Of a DNA stretch of 64,000 nt, positions 19,397 through 28,618 are shown one piece after another. The notes beneath the pieces were generated by a model, which had not been told where the DNA came from, did not search any database, and saw only the letters and a program-made list of their open reading frames with translations. Source of the stretch: an uncultured Gemmatimonadales bacterium (GTDB lineage: Bacteria; Gemmatimonadota; Gemmatimonadetes; Longimicrobiales; RSA9); the NCBI GenBank assembly GCA_963798845.1, contig CAWCUS010000004.1:451781-515780 (forward strand), in the 5' to 3' direction. Every line of letters starts with the position of its first letter. The stretch's first letter is position 1. Both the position numbers and the translations under genes were made by a program.

Positions 19397-20353
19397 ATGA
19401 TCGCCACCGAACGCAGGAAGCAGCTGCACTCGCTCCTGGAGGAGACCAGCCGCACGTTCGCCCTGGCCATACCACTCCTTCCGGATCCGCTCTGTACCGA
19501 GGTCACGGAGGCCTACCTGCTGTTCCGCATCGCCGACACCTTCGAGGACTCCACCCGCTGGCCGGTTCCGCGACGGACAGCCGCTCTCGACGAGATGGCC
19601 AGGGTGTTGCAGCAACGGCCCGGCTCACGCGGCGTCCGTGCCGCCCTGGCCCGCCGCTGGCGCGAAGCCCGCCCGGTGGAGCACGCGGGCTACCTCCACC
19701 TCCTGGAGAAAGCGCCCCTCGTCTTTCAGGGGCTCCAGGAGATGCGCCCCGAGGCCGCCGACATCATCGCCGGCCATACCGTCCGGACCTGTCAGGGGAT
19801 GGCTTCCTTCCTCCGCCGCGCCGACGCCGATGGCGTGCTCCGGCTGCGCGACCTGGACGAGCTCCGCGCCTACTGCTACGCGGTGGCGGGGATCGTGGGC
19901 GAGATGCTCACCGAGCTCTTCCTCCTCGATTGCGACGACGCGGCCCAGCTCGGCCCCCGCCTCCGCCGCCGCGCCCGCGAGTTCGGCGAGGCGCTCCAGC
20001 TTGTGAACGTGCTGCGGGACTCCTCGGCCGACGTGAAGGAAGGAAGATCGCTCGTGCCTGGGTCCGTGTCGCGCCAGACGCTTTTCGATCTCGCGCGCGC
20101 CGACCTGCGCCGCGCGGCCGAATACACGCTCGCTCTCCAGTCCGCCGGCGCTGATGGCGGGATCGTCGCGTTCAACGCGCTCCCCGTTCTCCTCGCCATG
20201 GCGACCCTCGACCGGGTCCAGGAGGCGGGGCCCGGGAGCAAGATCTCACGCCCGCGGGTGTGGTCCCTCATGGCGCGCCTGAAGGCCGACATCCGCCTGG
20301 GCCGTCCCGTCATCCGCCTCGAGCGCGACGAGGCCGCCAGCCGCCCCGCGTGA
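19397..20353 (+). CDS. Squalene synthase (single-enzyme FPP:FPP farnesyltransferase type; squalene/phytoene synthase family)
   Basis: SRTFALAI, YLLFRIADTFED, YCYAVAGIVG and LQLVNVLRD motifs. Confidence 0.85.
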   Translation: MIATERRKQLHSLLEETSRTFALAIPLLPDPLCTEVTEAYLLFRIADTFEDSTRWPVPRRTAALDEMARVLQQRPGSRGVRAALARRWREARPVEHAGYLHLLEKAPLVFQGLQEMRPEAADIIAGHTVRTCQGMASFLRRADADGVLRLRDLDELRAYCYAVAGIVGEMLTELFLLDCDDAAQLGPRLRRRAREFGEALQLVNVLRDSSADVKEGRSLVPGSVSRQTLFDLARADLRRAAEYTLALQSAGADGGIVAFNALPVLLAMATLDRVQEAGPGSKISRPRVWSLMARLKADIRLGRPVIRLERDEAASRPA

Positions 20354-21645
20354 CAGCCGCCCCGCCCCGGACCGTCTCCGTCGGGGTGCTGGTCACCCTG
20401 CACCGCGGCCCCGGGGAAGGGGGGCACGTCCGCTGCTGGGAGCGGTTCGCGGAGGCCGCCGTGGATACGCCCGAGCTCGACCTCACCGTCTATTTCCTCG
20501 GCGACAATGGGTCCGAGCACCGCCTGGGGCCCCGGACCCGCTACGTCACGCTGCGACCCCGGCTGGGGACCGACCGCTTCGCTTTCCTTCGCCAGGGCGC
20601 CGGGGACACCGACCTCGCTCCCGTCCACGGCCGCCTGGCCGCGCTGCTCCCGCGCCACGACGTTCTCCACGCCACCGACACGTTCGCCTTCGGGCGCACG
20701 GCCAGGCGGGTGGCCCGGCGCTCCGGCAGGCCGCTGGTCTTCTCGTTCCACACGCACCTGCCGCGCTTCACTCGCGTGTACGCCCGCCGCATCTTCCGCC
20801 GCACCTTCGGGATGGGGGTTCCGGGATGGCTGGGTCTCGACCACGTGCTGGTGGACGCGCTCCGGGTCCACGTCTGGGCCGCCCGCCTCACACGCCGCTC
20901 CGTGGAAGGGTTCATGCGGGACAGCCGGACCGTCTTCGTGTCCAACGAGCAGGATCGGGCCTGGGCCACCGACACCGTCCCGCCGGCGCGCGTCCGGATG
21001 CTCCGGCGCGGAATCGACCCGGAGCGCTTCCGACCCCGCGCCAATGCGGCCGTGGAGGTCCGGCGCAGGTACGCGCTCCCGGACCGGCCGCTGGTGCTTT
21101 TCGCCGGGCGAGTCGACGACAGCAAGAACGTCCTCCTCGTGGCTCGCGCGCTCCGCCGCCTGCTGGACTCGGACGCCACCGCCCACCTGGTGGTGGTCGG
21201 GGAAGGGGAGCGCACGACCGACCTCGCCCACATCCTGGGCCCCGCCGTCTCCTGCCTCGGGGCACTGCCCCAGGAAGCGCTCGCCGATGTCTACGCGGCG
21301 GCCGACGTCTTCGCCTTCCCATCGCGAACCGAGACGGTCGGCAACGTGGTCATCGAGGCGCTTTCCTCCGGCCTCCCTGCCGTCGTCGCGGCCGGGACGT
21401 CGTGCGCCGAGCGCGTGGCAGGGGCCGGTCGCGTCGGGCCGGTGGATGCGGGCACCGTCGTCGCCGAAGACAGCCCGGAGGCCTGGGCCGAGGCGCTCCG
21501 CCCCTTCCTGTCTGGGAACGGCCGGAAGGCGGCGGCGAGTGCCGCGGCGCGGCGCAGGATCGAGCGCGGGTGGCCGTCCTGGAGCGACGTGCTGCGGGAG
21601 GACCTGCTCCCGGTCTGGACCGAGCTCCGGCAGCCGCGCCCGTGA
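20350..21645 (+). CDS. Glycosyltransferase family 4 (GT-B)
   Basis: FHTHLP, LFAGRVDDSKN and FPSRTETVGNVVIEALSSGLP motifs; GTGA overlap with squalene synthase. Confidence 0.88.
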   Translation: MTAAPPRTVSVGVLVTLHRGPGEGGHVRCWERFAEAAVDTPELDLTVYFLGDNGSEHRLGPRTRYVTLRPRLGTDRFAFLRQGAGDTDLAPVHGRLAALLPRHDVLHATDTFAFGRTARRVARRSGRPLVFSFHTHLPRFTRVYARRIFRRTFGMGVPGWLGLDHVLVDALRVHVWAARLTRRSVEGFMRDSRTVFVSNEQDRAWATDTVPPARVRMLRRGIDPERFRPRANAAVEVRRRYALPDRPLVLFAGRVDDSKNVLLVARALRRLLDSDATAHLVVVGEGERTTDLAHILGPAVSCLGALPQEALADVYAAADVFAFPSRTETVGNVVIEALSSGLPAVVAAGTSCAERVAGAGRVGPVDAGTVVAEDSPEAWAEALRPFLSGNGRKAAASAAARRRIERGWPSWSDVLREDLLPVWTELRQPRP

Positions 21646-21699
21646 CCGTAGGCGGCACGGGATGCCTGGCGGGCCCGGTTCGCGCATATTGATCGTCGC

Positions 21700-24279
21700 A
21701 TGACGCGATCCTGGACCCCGGACGCCGTGAAGGCGTCGTGGCGGCGGCTCGAGCCGCTGCTGGCGCTTCCGTTCCTGCTCGTGGCGGTGGTGATGATCCA
21801 CCACGAGATGCGGGAGTTCCGCTGGGCCGACGTGCGCGTTGCGGTGGCCGACCTCCCCGCCGGGCACGTGGCCGTGGCCGTCCTGCTCACCGCGTTGAGC
21901 TTCCTCGTGCTGACCACGTTCGACGTCCTGGGCCTCCGCTACGCCGGCCAGCCGCTCCGCTATCGCCGCACCGCCTTCGCTTCCTTCCTCGGCTACGCGT
22001 TCAGCAACGCGCTCGGCTTCCCGCTCCTCACCGGAGCCCCGGTCCGCTACCGCCTCTACACGGCGTGGGAGGTGGAGCCGGCGCGCATCCGCGACATCGT
22101 CGCATTCTACACGGCCTCGTTCTGGATCGGCTTCCTCGCCCTCGGCGGTGTGGTCCTGTTCCTCGAGCCGATCCACATCCCGGGGCTCCTTCGACTCCCC
22201 TTCCACAATGCGCGACCCCTGGGTGCCGCCTTCGCCCTCGCCGCCGTGGCGTATGCGTCGTGGGGTGTCGCGGGCGGCCGCGGCTTGCGGTTCGGCCGCT
22301 GGCAGATCTCGCCGCCCGGACCGGCGCTGACCTTCGCCCAGCTCGGGGTAGCCATGGCCGACTGGGCGGTGGCCGCCGCGGTGCTCTACGTCCTGCTCCC
22401 GCCCGGAAGCGGCCTGGGCTACCCGGCCTTCATCGGCATCTTCCTGCTCGCGCAGATCGCGGGCCTGGTCAGCCATGTGCCCGGCGGGCTGGGCGTGTTC
22501 GAGGCCGTCACCCTGGCTTTTCTCCCCGATGAGATCGGACAGGGCGCCCTGCTCGCCTCCCTCCTCGTCTACCGCGCCGTCTACTACCTCCTCCCGCTCC
22601 TCGTCGCCGTCGCCGCGCTCGGCGTCTTCGAGGCGCGCCGCCGGCGCGAAGGGTTGGAGCGCGCGGCCGGCCTCATTGGCCGGGGCCTCACCCTGGTGGT
22701 CCCGCAGGCCATGGCGATCGCCACTTTCGTGGCCGGACTCGTCCTCCTTTTCTCCGGCGCTACTCCCGCAATGGGAGGACGCCTGCGCTGGCTCGATGAT
22801 GTCCTCCCCCTCGGCCTCATCGAAGCATCCCATTTCCTCGCCAGCCTGGCTGGCGGCGGCCTCCTCGTCCTCGCCTGGGGTATACAGCGACGCCTCGACG
22901 CCGCCTACCACCTCACCGTCGCCCTCCTCCTCACGGGGATCGTCTTCACGCTGCTCAAGGGGCTCGACTACGAGGAGGCCGTCGTCCTCGCCATCACGAC
23001 CGGTGCCCTCGTGGCCAGCCGCGGAGAGTTCTACCGCCGCGCTTCCCTCCTCGCCGAGCCGTTCACCGCCGGGTGGGCCGCGGCCGTGCTCGGCGCGCTC
23101 ATCGCCACGATCGGCCTCGGGCTCCTGGCCTACAAGAACGTGGTCTACACCGACGCTCTCTGGTGGCGCTTCGCCCGCGACGCCGACGCGCCCCGGTTCC
23201 TCCGGGCGACGGTCGGCACCCTCACGGCCGTCGGCACGTTCGCGCTCGCCCGCCTCCTCGCGCCCGCTCGCCCCTCAGCGCCGCTCCCGCCCGCCGATGA
23301 CGTCGCCACCGCCGCCGACATCGCCCGGCGCTCTCCCCGCGCGTACCCCCAGCTGGCGCTGCTCGGGGACAAGCATTTCCTCTTCGACGAGGAGCGGAGC
23401 GCGTTCCTGATGTACGGCGTCGAAGGTCGCAGCTGGGTGGCGATGGGCGATCCGGTCGGACCCGATCCGCCCGCGCGAGAGCTCGCGTGGCAGTTCCTCG
23501 AGCGCGCACACCGCCACGGTGACTGGCCCGTGTTCTACCAGGTCACGCCCGCCCGGCTGCCCCTGTACGTCGACCTCGGCCTCTCCCTGACCAAGATCGG
23601 CGAGGAGGCTCGCGTCCCGCTCCCGGAGTTCTCCCTCGAGGGCGGCCGCCGCAAGGGGATGCGCTACACGCTCCGCAAGGCCGACGACAAGGGCGCTTCG
23701 TTCCGGGTGCTCGAGCCCGACGAGCTCGCGCAGGCCCTGCCCCGGCTGCGCGCCGTCTCCGACGACTGGATCGCCCGCAAGAACACGCGCGAGAAGGGCT
23801 TCTCCCTCGGGTTCTTCGACGAGGCGTACCTTCGCGCGACCAGCGTGGCCGTCGTCGAGCTGCAAGGAGAGATCGTCGCTTTCGCCAACGTGCTCCGCGG
23901 CGCCGACCGCCACGAGCTCTCCGTCGACCTCATGCGCTACGCCGCCGCCGCGCCCCCGAGCACCATGGAGTACCTCTTCGTTCGGCTCCTCCTCTGGGGG
24001 CGGGACACGGGGTACGACTGGTTCAGCCTGGGCATGGCCCCGCTCGCCGGGCTCCAGGCCCGCCCCCTCGCCCCCTTCTGGGTCCGGGCTGGCGCCGCCC
24101 TGTTCCACCACGGCGAACAGTTCTACAACTTCGAGGGGCTGCGCGAGTACAAGGAGAAATTCGATCCGGTCTGGGAGCCCCGCTACATCGCTTCCCCCGG
24201 CGGACTGGCCCTCCCGCGCGTCCTGGCCAACGTGGCGACGCTCGTCAGCGGAGGCTTCCGCGGCGTCGTCGGGCGCTGA
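21700..24279 (+). CDS. mprF: Bifunctional aminoacyl-phosphatidylglycerol flippase/synthetase MprF
   Basis: N-terminal multi-TM region with SHVPGGLGVFE; C-terminal MGDPVG, KIGEEA, EKGFSLG, SVDLMRY and YNFEGLREYKEKFDPVWEPRY motifs. Confidence 0.95.
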   Translation: MTRSWTPDAVKASWRRLEPLLALPFLLVAVVMIHHEMREFRWADVRVAVADLPAGHVAVAVLLTALSFLVLTTFDVLGLRYAGQPLRYRRTAFASFLGYAFSNALGFPLLTGAPVRYRLYTAWEVEPARIRDIVAFYTASFWIGFLALGGVVLFLEPIHIPGLLRLPFHNARPLGAAFALAAVAYASWGVAGGRGLRFGRWQISPPGPALTFAQLGVAMADWAVAAAVLYVLLPPGSGLGYPAFIGIFLLAQIAGLVSHVPGGLGVFEAVTLAFLPDEIGQGALLASLLVYRAVYYLLPLLVAVAALGVFEARRRREGLERAAGLIGRGLTLVVPQAMAIATFVAGLVLLFSGATPAMGGRLRWLDDVLPLGLIEASHFLASLAGGGLLVLAWGIQRRLDAAYHLTVALLLTGIVFTLLKGLDYEEAVVLAITTGALVASRGEFYRRASLLAEPFTAGWAAAVLGALIATIGLGLLAYKNVVYTDALWWRFARDADAPRFLRATVGTLTAVGTFALARLLAPARPSAPLPPADDVATAADIARRSPRAYPQLALLGDKHFLFDEERSAFLMYGVEGRSWVAMGDPVGPDPPARELAWQFLERAHRHGDWPVFYQVTPARLPLYVDLGLSLTKIGEEARVPLPEFSLEGGRRKGMRYTLRKADDKGASFRVLEPDELAQALPRLRAVSDDWIARKNTREKGFSLGFFDEAYLRATSVAVVELQGEIVAFANVLRGADRHELSVDLMRYAAAAPPSTMEYLFVRLLLWGRDTGYDWFSLGMAPLAGLQARPLAPFWVRAGAALFHHGEQFYNFEGLREYKEKFDPVWEPRYIASPGGLALPRVLANVATLVSGGFRGVVGR

Positions 24280-24366
24280 CCCCTCTCCGCCCGGCATCGC
24301 CGTTGCCTTTTCCGGATGTATGCGTGAACTTGACTCAAACGCGATCTGCAACTCCGGAATTCAGCC

Positions 24367-25776
24367 GTGCCCGATCCGGGTCGAAACGCTCCGGCCCCGA
24401 GTGCCCACGTCACCGTCACCGGACGCGTTCGGCTGGCCATTGCCGCCCTTGCCGTAGCCCTCGCCGTCCTGGCCGTCACCCCCGTCACCGTTTCCGTGCG
24501 GACCCGGGCGCTCCGGTCGGAGATCACGGAGGTCGCCGAGCCCACCAGCGCCACACTGGCGGAGATCGAGCGCACGGTGGCCCTTCAGCTCGCCGCGCTC
24601 CGGGGTTATGCGCTCTTCGGGGACAGCAGCTATCTCGCCGAGTACCGGCGCCTCGATGCCGCCGAAACCCGTGCTGCGGGGCGCCTGGACGGGCTCCCGG
24701 CGGGCCTCGACCCGGAGGTGCACCACCAGGCTACGCTGCTCTTGCGGCGGGAGCGGGAGTGGGACGTTGCGGCCCACCGCGTCCTGGCGCCGGGGGTGAC
24801 GCCGGTGACGGTGGCCGCGCTCCTCAGGGACGAGGATGTGCCGCAGACGGTGCTGCGGGAGGCCGCCAGCCTGCGCGGCTCCATCCAGCTCCTGGAGCGG
24901 ATCCGCCGCAGCGACATCGCGGGGGTGGAGGCCGTGGAGATCTGGGTGAACCGGTTCATGATCCTGCTGGCCGCGCTCTCCGCCATCGCGCTGGCTGTCC
25001 TGGGCCGTCAGCTCCGGCAGCTGGTCGAGGAGGCCGAGAGCAGCCGCGCCGAGCTCCAGCACGAGCTGGGGCGCCGCGCCCGGCTGATCCGGGGGATCAG
25101 CCATGATCTGAAGAACCCGCTCGGCGCCGCGGATGCGCACGCGGAGCTGCTCGAGACCGGGATCAAGGGTCCGCTCGCGGAGGAACAGAGGGCGTCGCTG
25201 CGGGCCATCCGGCGGTCGGTCCGGAGCACGGTACGGCTCATCGATGACCTGCTCCACCTCGCCCGCGCGGAGCGGGGGGAGGTCCCGGTCGAGCCGGAGG
25301 AGGTGGACTTCGCGTCGCTGGTGGCGGAGATCGCCGAGGACACCCGCTCGGAGGCCGAAGCCCACGGCCTGCGCCTCGAGCTCCGTCTCCCGGAGCAGCC
25401 GGTCCACGGGCGAACGGACCCGCGCCGAGCCCGGGAAGTACTCGGAAACCTCCTCACGAACGCCATTCGCTACACACCGGCCGGAGGCACCGTGCAGCTC
25501 AGCTTGCAGCCGCTGCCGCCGCTCGGGCGCCGCAGGGGCGCGGGGGCGCGCATCTCGGTGTCGGACACGGGGCCCGGCATCGCGCGGGACGACCGGGAGC
25601 GGATCTTCGACGAGTTCGAGCGGATCGGGCGGGACGGGCCGGGGAGCGGCCTCGGCCTTGCCATCAGCCGCGAGATGGCGCGCCTGCTCGGCGGCGACAT
25701 CGAGCTGGAGTCGGAGGTGGGCCGCGGCTCCACCTTCTCACTCGTCCTCCCCGCAGGCGATGGGGGCGCGGGCTAG
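24367..25776 (+). CDS. Membrane sensor histidine kinase (no response regulator nearby)
   Basis: Two TM segments; H-box SHDLKNPL, N-box NLLTNAIRY, DTGPGI and GSGLGLAI motifs. Confidence 0.9.
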   Translation: MPDPGRNAPAPSAHVTVTGRVRLAIAALAVALAVLAVTPVTVSVRTRALRSEITEVAEPTSATLAEIERTVALQLAALRGYALFGDSSYLAEYRRLDAAETRAAGRLDGLPAGLDPEVHHQATLLLRREREWDVAAHRVLAPGVTPVTVAALLRDEDVPQTVLREAASLRGSIQLLERIRRSDIAGVEAVEIWVNRFMILLAALSAIALAVLGRQLRQLVEEAESSRAELQHELGRRARLIRGISHDLKNPLGAADAHAELLETGIKGPLAEEQRASLRAIRRSVRSTVRLIDDLLHLARAERGEVPVEPEEVDFASLVAEIAEDTRSEAEAHGLRLELRLPEQPVHGRTDPRRAREVLGNLLTNAIRYTPAGGTVQLSLQPLPPLGRRRGAGARISVSDTGPGIARDDRERIFDEFERIGRDGPGSGLGLAISREMARLLGGDIELESEVGRGSTFSLVLPAGDGGAG

Positions 25777-26789
25777 AATACGTCCACTTTCACTTCCGGC
25801 CTCACCTTGGAGGGATCCGCGCGGATCTCCTCGACCAGCGCCTGCAGGTCCACCACCATCTTGAGGAGCTGGTCGTAGAGCGCGGGATCATCGAGGAACC
25901 GCGCCACCGTCCCGTCGCTGCTGCCCAGCTTCCCGACGAAGCCCTGAACACCCGCCAGCGTGGAGTCCGCCCGCCCCAGCATCCCCACGGCGCCCCGGTA
26001 CAGAGAGTCGTCCTGGATCAGGTGGCCGAGCGTCCCCGTGCCGGAGGCCACCGTGGCCAGGAGGGTGTCGAAGCGGGCGAGCGACGCGTCCAGTCGCTCG
26101 TAGAGGGTCGGGTCGCGGATGAGCCGGCTGAGCGTGCCGTCGGAGCGGTTCACCGTCGCCAGCAGGGCGCTCAGCTGCGTGGTGGCCGTCACCATCCGCT
26201 CGTACAGGCGATCGTCCGTCATCAGGGCGCCCAGCGTGCCCTCGCCTGACGTGATCTTGGCCGTGAGCGTGTCCACGTTGGACACGATGCTCTGGAGCTG
26301 GTCCAGTGTCGCGGCGGCGGTCTGGAGGACCTCTTCGTAATCCACTGCCGCTTCCGTCGGCAGGGTGTCACCCGCCTGAAGCACCGGGCTTTCCGGCGAC
26401 CCGGGGGCGATGTCCACGTACCGATCCCCGAGCAGCCCCTGCGTTCGCAGCGTGGCGCGGCTGTCGCCCCGGATCTGGTCCCGTACCCGCTCGTTCACGC
26501 TGATGCGCACGCCCACGTTGGCCGACCCGTGCCGCTTCTCCACCGGGATGAAGCGGATCTCGTCCACCTGCCCGATCCGCTGCCCGGCCAGCGTCACCGG
26601 CGCCCCCGTCATCAGCCCGCCCGAGTTCTCCACCATGGCGTACAGCAGGTAGCGGTCCGCGAACACGTCGAACAGGCGGCCGACCTGGTAGATGCCGTAG
26701 CCGAGGATCAGGAGAGCGACCACGACGACGATGCCGACGCGCACCCGCCGGGCCGTCTGTCTCCCTCGGTTCAGCTTTCCCCTCGGCAT
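25773..26789 (-). CDS. mlaD: MlaD/MCE-family lipid transport protein
   Basis: N-terminal TM anchor; GLMTGAPVTLAG and GLLGDRYVDIAPG MCE motifs; helical repeat tail. Confidence 0.9.
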   Translation of the reverse strand: MPRGKLNRGRQTARRVRVGIVVVVALLILGYGIYQVGRLFDVFADRYLLYAMVENSGGLMTGAPVTLAGQRIGQVDEIRFIPVEKRHGSANVGVRISVNERVRDQIRGDSRATLRTQGLLGDRYVDIAPGSPESPVLQAGDTLPTEAAVDYEEVLQTAAATLDQLQSIVSNVDTLTAKITSGEGTLGALMTDDRLYERMVTATTQLSALLATVNRSDGTLSRLIRDPTLYERLDASLARFDTLLATVASGTGTLGHLIQDDSLYRGAVGMLGRADSTLAGVQGFVGKLGSSDGTVARFLDDPALYDQLLKMVVDLQALVEEIRADPSKVRPEVKVDVF

Positions 26790-26802
26790 CCCGTCCTCCC
26801 CC

Positions 26803-27678
26803 TCAGCTGAGCGCCAGGAAGCGCTGGATGTAGCGGTCGTCCGCCGCGATCATCTCCTCCGGCGTGCCGTCGAACGTCACCCGCCCTTCGCGCATCAGGT
26901 TCACCCGCGAGGCCACTCGGAATCCGGCCCGGATGTCGTGCGTCACCACGATGCTCGTGACCCCCCGCTCCCGCTGCAGCTTCCGGATCAGGTCACCGAT
27001 CGTGCCCACCGTGAGCGGGTCCAGCCCCGCCGTCGGCTCATCGTAGAGCACCACGTCCGGATCCGTGGCGATCGCCCGCGCGAGCCCCACCCGCTTCTTC
27101 ATCCCGCCCGACAGCTCGCCCGGGAGCTTCGGCGACACCTGGTCGGGGTCCAGGTCCACGAACCTGAGCCGCTCCCGCACCACCTCCTCGATCTCGCCTT
27201 CCGACATCCGCGTGTTCTCCCGCAGCGGATAGGCCACATTGTCGAACACGCTCACCGAGTCGAACAGCGCCGCGTTCTGGAACACCATACCTATGCCCCG
27301 CCGCAGCGTCAGCGCGTCCTCGAAGCTGAGCTCGGTGATCTCCTGTCCGAACACGCGGATCGACCCGGCGTCCGGAACCAGAAGGCGGAGGATCAGCTTC
27401 AGGAGCGTCGACTTCCCGATCCCCGACTCGCCCAGCACCAGCAGCGTCTCGCCCTTCCTGGCCGTCAGCGAGAGCCCGTCCAGCACGTGCAGCGTCCCGA
27501 AGGAGAGCTGGATCTCCTCCAGCTCGATCACCTTGGCGCGGCCCTCGGTACGAGCCCGCGGACGACTCGCGTCCGCCGTGGCCATCTCCTCACGGATCGA
27601 GCGCCGGAGGATGCGCTGCTCGATCGACTCCTCTTCCTCCCCCGACTCGCGGAGAGGATCCGCCGCGCCCGAACCCAT
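26803..27678 (-). CDS. mlaF: ABC transporter ATP-binding protein, MlaF-like
   Basis: GESGIGKS, LSGGMKKR, YDEPTAGLDP and VTHD motifs. Confidence 0.92.
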   Translation of the reverse strand: MGSGAADPLRESGEEEESIEQRILRRSIREEMATADASRPRARTEGRAKVIELEEIQLSFGTLHVLDGLSLTARKGETLLVLGESGIGKSTLLKLILRLLVPDAGSIRVFGQEITELSFEDALTLRRGIGMVFQNAALFDSVSVFDNVAYPLRENTRMSEGEIEEVVRERLRFVDLDPDQVSPKLPGELSGGMKKRVGLARAIATDPDVVLYDEPTAGLDPLTVGTIGDLIRKLQRERGVTSIVVTHDIRAGFRVASRVNLMREGRVTFDGTPEEMIAADDRYIQRFLALS

Positions 27679-28496
27679 CAGCCGCGCAGCGGTACGAGAA
27701 TGAAGAGCAGCTGCGTCAGGAAGTAATCCACCGCCAGCACCAGGATCGACGCCGTGACCACCGCGCGAGTCGTGGCCGTGCCCACCCCTTCCGTTCCGCC
27801 TTCCGCCGAAAGGCCGTAGTAGCATCCCGTCAGCGCGATGATCCCCCCGAACACCAGCGGCTTCACCAGTCCGCTCACGAAGTCCCGCGGGAACACCCCG
27901 GCGACGAAGCCCGACTGCGCCAGCGTGACCCACACCCCACGCAGGTACGCGTCGGCGGGCACCTGGATCCGGAAGACGGAGACCAGCAGACCCCCGAAGA
28001 TCCCCACCGCGTCCGTCACCACCGTGAGCAGTGGCACCATGATCACCCCCGCCAGGATCCGCGGCGTCACCAGCTTCTTGATCGGGTCCGTGCCGAAGCT
28101 CTGGAGCGCGTCGATCTGCTCCGTCACCCGCATCGCCCCCAGCTCCGCCGCGATCCCCGACCCCACACGGCCCGCGAAGATCAGCGCCGCCAGCACCGGA
28201 CCCAGCTCCCGCACCATCGACGCTCCCACCAGGCTCCCCACGTAGATGTCCGCCCCGAAACGGCGCAGCGACACCGCGCTCTGGAGCGCCAGCACCATCC
28301 CGGTGAACAGCCCCGTCAGAAGCAGGATCGGCACCGAGCCCACCCCCATCCGATCCATCTGCGTCAGCGTGTCCCGCCAGTAGAAGGGGCGTGCCACCAC
28401 GAACCGGGACGCGCGCGTTCCGAGTGTGAAGTAGTCCTGCACACCGGAAGCCGCGCTCCGCATCCAATCATCCACCCTGGCGACGAGGCCGTCCAT
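27678..28496 (-). CDS. mlaE: ABC transporter permease, MlaE family
   Basis: VRELGPVL, AELGAMRVTEQIDAL and GGTEGVG motifs. Confidence 0.93.
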   Translation of the reverse strand: MDGLVARVDDWMRSAASGVQDYFTLGTRASRFVVARPFYWRDTLTQMDRMGVGSVPILLLTGLFTGMVLALQSAVSLRRFGADIYVGSLVGASMVRELGPVLAALIFAGRVGSGIAAELGAMRVTEQIDALQSFGTDPIKKLVTPRILAGVIMVPLLTVVTDAVGIFGGLLVSVFRIQVPADAYLRGVWVTLAQSGFVAGVFPRDFVSGLVKPLVFGGIIALTGCYYGLSAEGGTEGVGTATTRAVVTASILVLAVDYFLTQLLFILVPLRG

Positions 28497-28618
28497 GCCG
28501 TTCCGCTGCTGTTCGGCCGGGCCCGTTTCTTTACACGCCCCATGGGGGGGCATACGTTTCCGGCTCGCTTGAAGTCGGGTCTCGCAGACACAAGTTCCGT
28601 GCCCACGCCCGTGGCTGA

